The notes under the pieces: model-generated
Told to the model about the DNA's origin: nothing
The model's database searches: none
The model's input: only the letters and a program-made list of their open reading frames with translations
Translations under genes and position numbers: made by a program
Shown here: positions 51,558 through 61,528 of the stretch, piece after piece
How positions within the stretch are numbered: position 1 is the first letter of the stretch
How the letters are laid out: each line of letters starts with the position of its first letter
Assembly: GCA_038148515.1 (NCBI GenBank)
Contig: JAYQVP010000002.1
Span: 92,102-156,101 of the forward strand
Direction: 5' to 3'
DNA: 64,000 bases
Source of the DNA: Poseidonia sp.
Lineage (GTDB): Archaea > Thermoplasmatota > Poseidoniia > Poseidoniales > Poseidoniaceae

Positions 51558-52631
51558 TCAGTTTCCAGGTGTGGGTGTGTCGTTGATGGACCACGATGAA
51601 CTGGCAAAACGGTCCTCGCCGTCCCACACCAAGGACTGGCCGTTGACCATGAACAGGCCGGTGTTGCCACCCCATTCAACACGCACGACATCCACGGGCG
51701 TGAATTCATCCAATTGGGTGTACCGAAGGTTGAGTCGCCCTTGTCCATCGCCTAAACCGTTGAGTTGCCCGACGCCAAGGAAACCGTACTGGCCGAGGTC
51801 GACCATGTGCGTTGCATTACCTACAGATTGGCTGTTGGGGTCGCCGGTGAACAGCGTTGTCGAGCGTCCGGCAAGCACGCCCTCTTGCAGCAAGAGGTTG
51901 CTGGAGCCTGCGCTGGAAGTTTGGTTGAACGACCACCCTTTGAGGGCGATGGCGAAATCGTTGGGATTCACAACCTCGATCCATTCAGGCCCGCCAAGCG
52001 ATGGGCGCGTCATCACCTCCGTGACATCCAACATGTTGTGTTTTCTACCGCCATCATGGACTTCAAGCACCACGCGAAGAAGTTCACCGTCCTGCTGGAA
52101 CGTGCGATACGCCGTGGACGAGGAGGGGGCTGTGCCTCGCATTGTCCCGCCCGAAAACAACGTCAAACCATCCCGTTCGGAGTCGTCGCTCTCAACCACC
52201 TGCACCGTCAAGTGGAGACTCATGTCTTGGTCCAAACCAAGCCCGTTGGCCATTCCATTCTCCGTCACGTTGTGGAGGGCCGCCAACCGATCGAAATCCA
52301 AACGACTGCCCGATATCAATCCAGGTTGTACCCTCCCTTCCTCCAATGCTTCTGCAGGCATCCGGTGCCACATGGAGGTGGCGTTGGCGTAATCGAGGTC
52401 GTCTGCCATCGGCACGAACCATCCTTCACCTGAGGTCAACCGGTCAAGTCCGTTCGCTGCAGCCCTGTCAAGTCGGTCAACGTCGGGGTCGTTGGAACCC
52501 ATTTGAAGTTGGGCCAACGAGATGAAAGCGGTGAGAATCATCAAAAACAACGTGAACGCGGAGAGAAATTCAATCACCGCCGTCAATCCGTCCTCGTCCT
52601 CGCAGAACGGCGAGGAGCGGGTGGTGCGCAT
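51558..52631 (-). CDS. Pilin-like N-terminus fused to lamin-tail-like domain
   Basis: EDG-LTAVIEFLSAFTLFLMIL helix; VTEVM...EWIEVVNP...LKGWS...TPG. Confidence 0.65.
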   Translation of the reverse strand: MRTTRSSPFCEDEDGLTAVIEFLSAFTLFLMILTAFISLAQLQMGSNDPDVDRLDRAAANGLDRLTSGEGWFVPMADDLDYANATSMWHRMPAEALEEGRVQPGLISGSRLDFDRLAALHNVTENGMANGLGLDQDMSLHLTVQVVESDDSERDGLTLFSGGTMRGTAPSSSTAYRTFQQDGELLRVVLEVHDGGRKHNMLDVTEVMTRPSLGGPEWIEVVNPNDFAIALKGWSFNQTSSAGSSNLLLQEGVLAGRSTTLFTGDPNSQSVGNATHMVDLGQYGFLGVGQLNGLGDGQGRLNLRYTQLDEFTPVDVVRVEWGGNTGLFMVNGQSLVWDGEDRFASSSWSINDTPTPGN

Positions 52632-52799
52632 ACCACATCGACGTACCCGCCGATTGAAGAGGTTGCCGCCCGTCTCAGGACCATGCAACCATGATGCGAC
52701 GCCGTTGACCACTGCCGAACGGCATGGCCTGAGAGAAATGGTGTTGAAGCGGAGAGGAAAAGCGATGAGTCTTTGAAGCACGGGAGCGACGAAGTATGC

Positions 52800-55745
52800 A
52801 TGAGCGAGCGAGAGCCACGCATCGTCAAGAATCAGCGCATCGGTATCGGGTTGGTGCTGATGATGTTCCTATCGTCGCTGACAGTCATGATGACGGCCCT
52901 CCCTGTCGCCGCCTCGAGCCACGGCTCCCTCGGACTCAAAACGAGCCAATCTCCCACGCCAGATTCGTGGCACTCAGCCAACGAGCCTATCGAATTGACC
53001 GTCGAGATTGAAAATTATCTGTCCACTGCTTCAGGCTCGACGCGGTCCCTTGCTTGGTACGCTTGCGAGGGCGTGGTGGCGACCAGCTTCTGCCGCTCTT
53101 CCCCGGACGCCTCGGGCACGTTCATCATGCAAAGCATTCCCGGAGGCACAACACTCAACCTTACGGCTTCACCCAGTTGGACCCCGGGAGGCAACACAGA
53201 GACTACCTACACGATCGTGTACGACATGACTCCCCCTGATTCGACCCCTGCAGACGACACCATGGTGTTCTCCATCAACGTCACACCTAACTTTACTGAT
53301 GTCTCCATAGACCCAAACCACGACCCTTTGGCACACCTGCAGAACCTCGGCGAGGACAACGGTCAAGCCATCCTGAATTCCAATACCGAATACATCTTCA
53401 AAACCAAGGGCCAATCGACTGTATGCGGCGGGTGTTTGTTCACCGGGGATTTCGGGTGGCAGTTGTGGACCTCTGACGGCACAGCCATGATTGACGAAGC
53501 ATACACAAGCGTGAGTAACCTGCCCGCTTGGAGCGGCTATGATGCATTGAATCAAAACCTCCCCGTCTTCACCTACAACAGCGAAGGCTCTTTCATCTTG
53601 AAACACGGCCTCTTCGGCAGCAGCGGGAACCCGCACGGCGACCTCAACCCCAACAACAACATCGGCGAAGTGGCGATCGTCTTGAATGATGACATCGACA
53701 TCAAGGTTGAAACGCTGGTAGCAACCCATGATGCTCAGGCTTCTGTCTTTTTTTACGGCAACGACCGAGCCAGCACCACCATCTCCAATCTCGGCTACAT
53801 GTCGGTATTCAATCTCGAAGTTGAATTCGAAATTTACAGCCCTCAGTTTGAGTTGGAAGTTACTGATGCCTGCACCATTTCTGTTCTCCACCCTGGCCAA
53901 GATGCCTCCTGTGAATTTAACGTGACCACCACAGGTAACAACCGGTTATTGCGGGTTCGCCTCCCTGTCACCTTCCTCGGCGGGGATGACACCCGGCCGG
54001 CCGACAACACCTACCAGCGAACGGTCAACATAGAGGTGGGTGCCATCAATCCCGTGATTCAAACCAACAAGCAGTCGGGCATGTATTTGACATCTGACGA
54101 CATCGAGTTGGTCGGACGATTCAGCAGCATTGCCTCTCAACCTCTGAATTTCACATGGCGTGAAGGGTTTTACCTGTGGGGGTACGGACAGGTGCTGAAT
54201 CTCACCGGAGCAACCTATGGATTGGGCCACCACAACATCACCCTTGAAGTGCGCGACCCATTCGGCGAAACCGACTACGCCTACATCGAATTCGATGTTT
54301 TGAATTCGGTTGAATTGACCACAAATGCCTACCATGTGACGGCGATCACCGAAGGTCCTGCATCCATTGACGACACCGTCTTACTTCCTCACTTAGGCTC
54401 CGACTATGGCATTGGGGAAGGGAATTCACCCCTTATGATGCTCGGATTTGATGTCACGGGCGGCAACGAGGACGAGATCGGCCTACGTAGCCTATCTGCT
54501 GAATTGAACCTATCAGCCATCCTCCCCTCAACCATCGACCTGAGTACGGTTGAACTGCGCTACCTTCCATCCACCGACGACACCGTGTGGACTTACCTCG
54601 ACGGTGATAACACCTACAGCATCAACCCTCTGACCTACATGGCCTCGGTGTCCCTCGTCAACGACGGTGTCCTTCTCTTGGTGGGAGAATTGCCCAACAC
54701 CAACGTGACGGTCCGGGATGTTGAATGGACTCAACTCCAAGACGGGCAACTTCGCCTTGATTGGACCATCGACGGCGACATCACCAACCCTTATGTCGGC
54801 GGTTGGAATATCTACAAACTCCAAGGCATCCAAGGCACAACGACCTTCCCCGACCCGTTGGCTGGGGTGAACGAGTTCATTTGGGACGAACTGACGCTGA
54901 CGACCTTGGTCGATACGCTTGAGTTGGCCAACACAACATGGACGGACCCGGAACATCTTGACACCGGAATCTGTGCTTCATACGCCATCGCTCCCATCGA
55001 CAGGGAAGGTAATCCCAATTTCAACCGGGCTAATATCACTCGTGTCAACGGAGTCACGGGTCTTGCGTGCGGCGATGCACTCGCTCCAACCGTGAGCATC
55101 ACCGACTTTCGTCATGTTTGGCGATTCACCAACAGCTCGGAGTGCTTTGACCGACAGAACGACTGGTCCATCTGTTATGAGGTGGACCTGACCTGGACAT
55201 GGCCTGAGCATGAAGCTCAGGGCAATCTTACGTGGAACTTGTACCGTGTTGAGCACGCCCCGGACGAAGTGAATCTCCGATTCATCGATCCCGTCGTTGA
55301 AGGAATGGCCAATGTGCCTGGCGAGCAGGGTTCGTTCAGTCAAGCGGGGATCGACCCCGATGGCATCCGCCCCTACCGAACGTACTACTACATTCTGGCA
55401 CCGATCGACAGCGTTGGCAACGAACAAGAATTCGTGTCCTATCCCTCACCAAGTGTTGAACGCGTCCAAATCGAAGACGATTGGTGGACGTACAACCAAC
55501 ACATCATACCTCCTGAGCCAGAACCCCCCGAACCCCCACTTGGTTTGCCGTGGTTGCAAAAGCTCAACGATGCCACCAGTGTACCCGAATTCCAAGTCGC
55601 CGGATTGGTTTTGCTGGCCACGTTGGTCCTCAATTTCATATTGCTGCCCATGTTGATGAAGAAACGGAAGCGGCTGAGCCGTGTCCTCGAAGCACGAAAG
55701 CGAAATTCAAACGCTGCAATGGATGAATTCGATGAATTCTTTTGA
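52800..55745 (+). CDS. Large secreted multi-beta-sandwich surface protein with C-terminal anchor
   Basis: Signal peptide, CARDB-like D.NP.NN motifs, FN3-like YYYILAPIDSVGN, Pro linker, VPEF-TM-KKRKR. Confidence 0.8.
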   Translation: MSEREPRIVKNQRIGIGLVLMMFLSSLTVMMTALPVAASSHGSLGLKTSQSPTPDSWHSANEPIELTVEIENYLSTASGSTRSLAWYACEGVVATSFCRSSPDASGTFIMQSIPGGTTLNLTASPSWTPGGNTETTYTIVYDMTPPDSTPADDTMVFSINVTPNFTDVSIDPNHDPLAHLQNLGEDNGQAILNSNTEYIFKTKGQSTVCGGCLFTGDFGWQLWTSDGTAMIDEAYTSVSNLPAWSGYDALNQNLPVFTYNSEGSFILKHGLFGSSGNPHGDLNPNNNIGEVAIVLNDDIDIKVETLVATHDAQASVFFYGNDRASTTISNLGYMSVFNLEVEFEIYSPQFELEVTDACTISVLHPGQDASCEFNVTTTGNNRLLRVRLPVTFLGGDDTRPADNTYQRTVNIEVGAINPVIQTNKQSGMYLTSDDIELVGRFSSIASQPLNFTWREGFYLWGYGQVLNLTGATYGLGHHNITLEVRDPFGETDYAYIEFDVLNSVELTTNAYHVTAITEGPASIDDTVLLPHLGSDYGIGEGNSPLMMLGFDVTGGNEDEIGLRSLSAELNLSAILPSTIDLSTVELRYLPSTDDTVWTYLDGDNTYSINPLTYMASVSLVNDGVLLLVGELPNTNVTVRDVEWTQLQDGQLRLDWTIDGDITNPYVGGWNIYKLQGIQGTTTFPDPLAGVNEFIWDELTLTTLVDTLELANTTWTDPEHLDTGICASYAIAPIDREGNPNFNRANITRVNGVTGLACGDALAPTVSITDFRHVWRFTNSSECFDRQNDWSICYEVDLTWTWPEHEAQGNLTWNLYRVEHAPDEVNLRFIDPVVEGMANVPGEQGSFSQAGIDPDGIRPYRTYYYILAPIDSVGNEQEFVSYPSPSVERVQIEDDWWTYNQHIIPPEPEPPEPPLGLPWLQKLNDATSVPEFQVAGLVLLATLVLNFILLPMLMKKRKRLSRVLEARKRNSNAAMDEFDEFF

Positions 55746-55747
55746 TT

Positions 55748-55834
55748 TGGCGCGGCAGGGGAGATTCGAACTCCCGAGGTGAGACACCACCGGATTAGCA
55801 ATCCGGCGCAATGGCCAGGCTATGCGACTGCCGC
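55748..55834 (-). tRNA. tRNA-Ser(GCT) with encoded CCA
   Basis: Acceptor stem GCGGCAG/CTGCCGC, anticodon arm CCGGA-TTGCTAA-TCCGG, long variable arm, GTTCGAATC T-loop, G discriminator, CCA. Confidence 0.95.
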
Positions 55835-55976
55835 TCGCAGGCTGGCGACTTTCGGTCTTCTCATGAACATGACGGTCAACGCACCCGCTCAAGTCCAACA
55901 TCACCACTTGCAGTGTGAACCAAGACCGCAGGCGCATCAAACACTCCCTTATGTAGTGAAACAATGGAGTCATTTC

Positions 55977-56771
55977 ATGAATTCCACACGTCTCCCCCTC
56001 GTTTTCGTGCTGTTGTTCGTGATGGGCACCGCAACTGGCTTTGTGCTGTCCTCGGAAGGCCTGAAATGGTCCAGCGATGAAGGGACTTTTGCCATAGATG
56101 TTGACACCCCCGAGGGAACGAACGCCTATGTCTTGGTTGAAGTGGATGAAGGGGACAACGACGAAGAAATCGAGATCGATGAAATCCTTCACGAATTTAC
56201 GTTCTCTGCGTCAGGTCCCTCGGGCCTCATCGTTTGGGATTTTGGCGATGGATTCACCGCCACCGGGTCGCAAACTTCGCATGCCTTCGCCCAGCCGGGA
56301 GTGTACACCGTGACGGCAACTCGAACAGACGATGCGACCACAGAGGTTCAATCCTTGACGGTTGCTGTCCACCGAACCTCCACCGCCGAGGTCGACAACA
56401 TGGAGTGTGTATGTGCTCCAACCGCCAAGGACACCGTCATCGTATTGGCGGACAGTGAGGGAAAAACAAATTTGCAGGGTTTCGTAAGGGTTGAACACGA
56501 CGGTAGCAGCGAATCATGTTCGCTTCGAAACCCGCTGCAGGAATGCCACCTTCGAGTGTTGTGGCAACGCCTTGAAGGTGGGAACTTAATTGAAGAAAAC
56601 GTGCTGTTCGACGATACATTCCGCTCAAACGAGCAAGTGGTGGACTTTTCCGTTGAGGGATTGGTGCTTGAACCGGGACAACGCATTCAACTCCGTTTGG
56701 AGACCGATCAGGTACGGGACTGGCACAAACCGAATGCCGCTTGGACAACATCAGCACCGGTGCTTGTCTAA
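55977..56771 (+). CDS. PKD domain protein, secreted or N-terminally anchored
   Basis: N-terminal hydrophobic helix, WDFGDG...HAFAQPGVYTVT. Confidence 0.8.
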   Translation: MNSTRLPLVFVLLFVMGTATGFVLSSEGLKWSSDEGTFAIDVDTPEGTNAYVLVEVDEGDNDEEIEIDEILHEFTFSASGPSGLIVWDFGDGFTATGSQTSHAFAQPGVYTVTATRTDDATTEVQSLTVAVHRTSTAEVDNMECVCAPTAKDTVIVLADSEGKTNLQGFVRVEHDGSSESCSLRNPLQECHLRVLWQRLEGGNLIEENVLFDDTFRSNEQVVDFSVEGLVLEPGQRIQLRLETDQVRDWHKPNAAWTTSAPVLV

Positions 56772-56812
56772 TTCAACACAAAGAGGCCGTGTTTCGAGCG
56801 AATGCTGAACGC

Positions 56813-57823
56813 TCAAAGCGGCCCAAAAACGCCCAGCCACGACGCAGGAATAAACATGATAAGGACCAGCGAAAGGAACATCCATCCGAGGTAAAACAGG
56901 CTTCTGAAGAAGGATTTTGCTGCTTTGGGCATTCGCCCGTTGTCGTCTTTTGCCTCGAACGGGTCAATCGCCCAGACTGATTTTGCGTACCAAAATGTAA
57001 GCCCACCCGACACGAAGGCCCAAAGCAATGGAACTCCTGACTCCGGCCAAAAACAGGGCACTGAACCGAGCATGAACAGAGCGACCACGTACATTTTGGA
57101 TTGACGCAGAGTGTAAGCAGGCCCCTTCACTTCGTTCATCATGGGAATGTTGACTCGACCGTATTCGCCAGACCGATACAGCGCCAATGCCCAAAAATGA
57201 GGGGGCGTCCACAAGAAAATCAAGAAAAACAGCATCCAAGGAATGGGGGAGCCCAAGTCAAACACGTTCCATCCATCCAGTGACGAACCTGCGGCCGCCG
57301 CCCATCCAATGAGCGGAGGAGTGGAGCCAGCAATACCGCCGATGACAATGTTTTGCGGCGTTCGTCGCTTGAGCCATATGGAGTAAACAAAGACATAGAA
57401 GACGACCGAAAAGGCGGACCAAAAGGCTGCTTTCACACTGACCAACAAGAACAAGCCTGATCCGACCACGGCGATGAGCGTCCCAAACACCAGCGCAAAT
57501 CGGGGCGTGGCGTGGCCGAGCGGAACAGGGCGATTCATCGTTCGTCGCATGTGAGGGTCAATATCAGCGTCGTACCACATGTTGATGGCGTTTGATCCTC
57601 CCGCTGACAACGTCCCTCCGACGATGGTCACCAAGGCTGTCACCAACGTGTCTTGCCATGTACGCTCAACGGCGAGAACACCATAGCGAGCCAATGTATC
57701 GTGAATCACGAGAGCGCATAGCGCCGTGATCTGCAGCAATACGATCACGCGCAACTTCATCAGTTGCATCATCACCTTGAGGGTTCCCGGGCGGGAGAAT
57801 GATTCTACGGCCTCTGCGGTCAC
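56813..57823 (-). CDS. ctaB: Protoheme IX farnesyltransferase
   Basis: DADIDPHMRRTMNRP, LKRRTPQNIVIGG, WTPPHF. Confidence 0.95.
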   Translation of the reverse strand: MTAEAVESFSRPGTLKVMMQLMKLRVIVLLQITALCALVIHDTLARYGVLAVERTWQDTLVTALVTIVGGTLSAGGSNAINMWYDADIDPHMRRTMNRPVPLGHATPRFALVFGTLIAVVGSGLFLLVSVKAAFWSAFSVVFYVFVYSIWLKRRTPQNIVIGGIAGSTPPLIGWAAAAGSSLDGWNVFDLGSPIPWMLFFLIFLWTPPHFWALALYRSGEYGRVNIPMMNEVKGPAYTLRQSKMYVVALFMLGSVPCFWPESGVPLLWAFVSGGLTFWYAKSVWAIDPFEAKDDNGRMPKAAKSFFRSLFYLGWMFLSLVLIMFIPASWLGVFGPL

Positions 57824-58917
57824 GATTCTTCCTCTCCTGCGGTTGCAGAACGATGGCTATCCAACATCGAGGAAGGGGGGCTGCTAGCGAGGCGGAGACA
57901 AAACATCAGCGTCACGGCCGACAGGAAGGCCATGACGCCAACCACGAGGTGGAGGAGAGAAAGCCATTCTGGAAAATCGCCGACTTGAGCAAACACGATG
58001 TAGGAGCCCCCCACCATCACATTGAGGACCCAAAAACCAGTTGTGATTTCCGCCATTCGCACCAAGGAGGTGGCTCCTTCTTCGCCAGCAGCGGCCGTGC
58101 GTAGGTGGCTGAGGCTCAAGACCAAAACCAAACCGACAACGAGGGCCCCAATTCGGTGAATCATTTGAATAAAAATCCCGGGACCTGCCAGGGAGGGCAA
58201 GAAGGAACCTTGGCATTTCGGCCACCCGTTGGGGAAGCCGACAGAACAACTTTGATTGTACTGACCGCCTGCTGAGGAAGAAACCCATGCCCCCAATATG
58301 AGCAACAACCCCACGGCGCCTGCCACAGAATGAACGCGTCGGCGTTGGCTGTTGAGAAACATCGTCGGAGCGCGCATGAAGGTCCATGATGCCCCCTCAC
58401 TCAGTCGCATAGCGATGTATTGCCAAATCAAGACAGAGGCAAACACGCAGGCGAGGGACAGATGGAGGGCAACCGTCCAGTCCGCATTGTCGTAACGGAC
58501 GGTGATGTACCCTGCTGCGGCTTGGATGAACAGCAAGGCGGCCGCCAACACGGCAGCGTTGCTCACCCCTCGACCGTAGGCCTTCTGACGAGCACGCATG
58601 AGGAATACGTTGGCCACAATGGGCACAGCGATCACGCCGACGAGAAGGCGGTGAAACCATTCCACGAATATCTGGAAGGTGGTGTACCGATGGTTAAGAC
58701 CCCGAGAGTCCACTTCTTCAGGGTGGGCCGCCCAATAGGCTGCTTGCTCGTCTTCGCTGACGTCAAAATGCCATGTGCCGAAGCAAGTCGGCCACTCAGG
58801 ACACGATTCTCCAGCATCGTTGATGCGTATGGATCCGCCAACAACCACGATAAGAAGTGCCATGACGGCTAAAAGAAGCGGCAGGGTCGACGGGCGTCGC
58901 CACCACTCCACCTCCAT
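57820..58917 (-). CDS. ctaA: Heme A synthase
   Basis: CPEWPTC, EWFHR, conserved His in TM helices; adjacent to ctaB. Confidence 0.92.
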   Translation of the reverse strand: MEVEWWRRPSTLPLLLAVMALLIVVVGGSIRINDAGESCPEWPTCFGTWHFDVSEDEQAAYWAAHPEEVDSRGLNHRYTTFQIFVEWFHRLLVGVIAVPIVANVFLMRARQKAYGRGVSNAAVLAAALLFIQAAAGYITVRYDNADWTVALHLSLACVFASVLIWQYIAMRLSEGASWTFMRAPTMFLNSQRRRVHSVAGAVGLLLILGAWVSSSAGGQYNQSCSVGFPNGWPKCQGSFLPSLAGPGIFIQMIHRIGALVVGLVLVLSLSHLRTAAAGEEGATSLVRMAEITTGFWVLNVMVGGSYIVFAQVGDFPEWLSLLHLVVGVMAFLSAVTLMFCLRLASSPPSSMLDSHRSATAGEEES

Positions 58918-58968
58918 ACCTCTTGGGGGGAGCAGACCCCTTTTGAACAAATGCCTCCCCCCGTGTGC

Positions 58969-59871
58969 ATGGGTCAAAGGCGGCGCATAGCGACCCTGTG
59001 CACTCTAACCATGGTGCTTTTGAGCACCTTGAGTCTCGCACAATCAACGACAGCCGACCAAGGCGCTATTCTGGATGTTCATGTTTTACCAGGTGAGTGC
59101 ATCACCTCGGGCGGCTGCATGGCCGACCGCCCAGGTCACCTCATCGAATACTTTAGCGCCGATTGGTGCGAGCCGTGCTTGGAGACTTCGCAGCAACTCA
59201 GAGCGTTAAATCGCACAGATACCTTGGTGGTGCAGCACCATCCATCTCCGCTTGACGAAACCTTTCAACCGAGCTCGAAAATGCGATTTGACCAGACATA
59301 CCGCCTCCTGTTTTTCCCATCGATGGTCGTGGATGGTACAGAGCTCTTGACGGGCACACGTCAAGCCATGGACCTCGGAACGACGCTCAACAACAGCACC
59401 ACGAATTGGCATGGCCTCAACGGCTTAGCACTCAACAACTCAACGCTGCAATGGACACCCATCGCTAACGCAACAGTGGTTGTGTGGTTCCTTCAACCTA
59501 CCTCCCATACCTCTGCGAACACAACTCACGAGCACCTCGTGGTGAAATCATGGAATGAAAATGCCTCAACGGGATGGTTGAACCTGAGCGAGGTGCAGCC
59601 GACCACCAACAGCCGGTTGGTGGTCCTGCTCGAACGTGAGGGCGGGCGAGTTCTCAACATCAGTTCCTTGGCTCCGATGGGCAACGCTGACCTCAATCTC
59701 GGCGAAGTCTCCGTCCCATCGGAAAACACCGCCTTCCCGACGCCACCAATGGTCGCCATCGGCTCGGCCATCGTGTTGTTGATGCTGTTCACACCTGCTC
59801 TTGTTTGGCATCTCCGAATTCGAAACACACCGGCGCCGTCCTTCACAGAGAACGAGACGGACGAGGAATGA
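58969..59871 (+). CDS. Exported thioredoxin-fold protein with C-terminal TM
   Basis: Signal peptide, IEYFSADWCEPC, FPSMVVDG. Confidence 0.75.
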   Translation: MGQRRRIATLCTLTMVLLSTLSLAQSTTADQGAILDVHVLPGECITSGGCMADRPGHLIEYFSADWCEPCLETSQQLRALNRTDTLVVQHHPSPLDETFQPSSKMRFDQTYRLLFFPSMVVDGTELLTGTRQAMDLGTTLNNSTTNWHGLNGLALNNSTLQWTPIANATVVVWFLQPTSHTSANTTHEHLVVKSWNENASTGWLNLSEVQPTTNSRLVVLLEREGGRVLNISSLAPMGNADLNLGEVSVPSENTAFPTPPMVAIGSAIVLLMLFTPALVWHLRIRNTPAPSFTENETDEE

Positions 59872-59932
59872 GGTAGGTTCAAAAAGAGTCGCTATCTCGC
59901 CAAACTGCGAGACCTCTCGCAAGTGATGTTGG

Positions 59933-60190
59933 ATGGTAAAACCTGCACGAGAACACACCCGCTTTGAACGCGCACGAATCATCGGCGCACGAGCCCTCCA
60001 AATCGGAATGGGGGCGCCCCTCTACGCCACGGAGGAAATCCTCCGCGAGCAATTCAAAGAGGAGTTGGTCTCCTTGTACGGTCTCGAAGAAGCGTCCATT
60101 CGCTTTGTTCTCGACCCGTTGAAAATCGCACTTTACGAGTACGAAAATCACCTAATTCCCATCGACGTGACGGACCACCTTGATGAGTGA
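59933..60190 (+). CDS. rpoK: DNA-directed RNA polymerase subunit K (Rpo6)
   Basis: [21 protein letters not shown]. Confidence 0.95.
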   Translation: MVKPAREHTRFERARIIGARALQIGMGAPLYATEEILREQFKEELVSLYGLEEASIRFVLDPLKIALYEYENHLIPIDVTDHLDE

Positions 60191-60192
60191 TG

Positions 60193-61284
60193 TCACTCGG
60201 CTTGGAAGCCGTAGAAGGACGCTTGCTCAACATCAGGCAGCGCATCTCGCTTGACCAAAATGGTCCGGACAGCCCACAAGTCAACAAACACGCGGTACTT
60301 GGTCGTGGCGTCCAAGTAATCCACGCCACTTGACCCTCCAGTGCCCATGCGTCGGCCAATCATTCGCTCCACCATACGGGCATGGTGGGTCCGAAACAGC
60401 AGCATGGACTGTTCGAGTTCAACAAAACTGTCTATCAGACGTCGCGGCCAAGAGAGGAGCGGTAGGTCCCGGTAGGATTCGATGAACAACAACCCTGCTC
60501 GGCCTCTGTTGGCTTCGCCGTTTGGCTTCAAGAACCCCTGAGCACCCTCAATCCCCGCTTCAATCCGAGGTCGAACCGATGCTTCGGTGCCGTGGCCGAT
60601 GGCCACCATGTGCGAGATAACGTGCTCTCCATGGGTGCGCATGGCTTCGAGGTGTTGTTCGATGTAGGCATTGACCACCGCATCATCGCCGTCGTCGGCA
60701 GCTGTTGATCCGTGGATGGGTGTTCGCGCCAGCCAGGAGGTAAGAGCCTCATTGAGTGAGGCTTGGCGGTGCGTATCTTGCACCTCAGCGAGAACGGAGG
60801 AGGAAATTTTACCCTCGTCCGCCAACCGTTGCATGTGAGCTAGAGGATCCATTCCGCCTGTGCGTTGCTCGGGTTCCAAACCGAGCAGGATTTCCAGTTC
60901 CCGCAATTGCCAGGATTCAAACCCGGAGGACGTTCCCAACCGGTCCCTGAATGCCAAAAAGTCCTGAGGGGTGAGGGTTTCCATGACCTTCCATTGGTCG
61001 GCCAGCAGGCGGAAAATTTCGCTTACGCGTTCAAGATGATGAACAATCACGGGAATGGTGGATTCCTCAACCTTGGGTTCGACCAGCAGCTTACGCGCCT
61101 CTTTGAGTTCCCGGAGAATCAATTTGAACCATAATTCAAAGGTCTGGTGAACGATAATGAAATGCAATTCATCGTTGGACGGGGGCGGGGCATACCCATC
61201 GGGGCCGTCTTGCAAGCGCAAGAGTTCCTCGAGACGAAGGTATCCACCGTACGTCATGCGAAAGGGGAGTGATGCGTCTGTCAT
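60193..61284 (-). CDS. kynA: Tryptophan 2,3-dioxygenase
   Basis: YGGYL, FIIVHQTFELWFK, SSGFES, MVERMIG..GTGGSSG..YL. Confidence 0.92.
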   Translation of the reverse strand: MTDASLPFRMTYGGYLRLEELLRLQDGPDGYAPPPSNDELHFIIVHQTFELWFKLILRELKEARKLLVEPKVEESTIPVIVHHLERVSEIFRLLADQWKVMETLTPQDFLAFRDRLGTSSGFESWQLRELEILLGLEPEQRTGGMDPLAHMQRLADEGKISSSVLAEVQDTHRQASLNEALTSWLARTPIHGSTAADDGDDAVVNAYIEQHLEAMRTHGEHVISHMVAIGHGTEASVRPRIEAGIEGAQGFLKPNGEANRGRAGLLFIESYRDLPLLSWPRRLIDSFVELEQSMLLFRTHHARMVERMIGRRMGTGGSSGVDYLDATTKYRVFVDLWAVRTILVKRDALPDVEQASFYGFQAE

Positions 61285-61528
61285 GCTTCGTCGAACGCCT
61301 GTCGCCACATGAAACTTCACTCATCTTTGGGCCGCAAAGGACCGGACGGCAAACCATGTGCGACAACCGCATGCAATGACACACAGGAGATGATGCCATG
61401 GCGATCTTGTCTACGATGAGGAAGCAAACCCATACCTCCGTGCTGGCGCGGCAACATTGCCTCGAACGCAGCCGAACATCGTGCAGAGAGGACATAATAC
61501 TCATAGAGCGAGTACGAAACCCCTCCGC

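Noticed and set aside
55748..55834. tRNA as integration site of an island
   Set aside because: No integrase and no duplicated tRNA 3' end noticed in the window.
55779..55976. N-terminal extension of the PKD ORF overlapping the tRNA
   Set aside because: The likely start is ATG 55977, just before the hydrophobic leader; the upstream part is antisense to the tRNA and its promoter.
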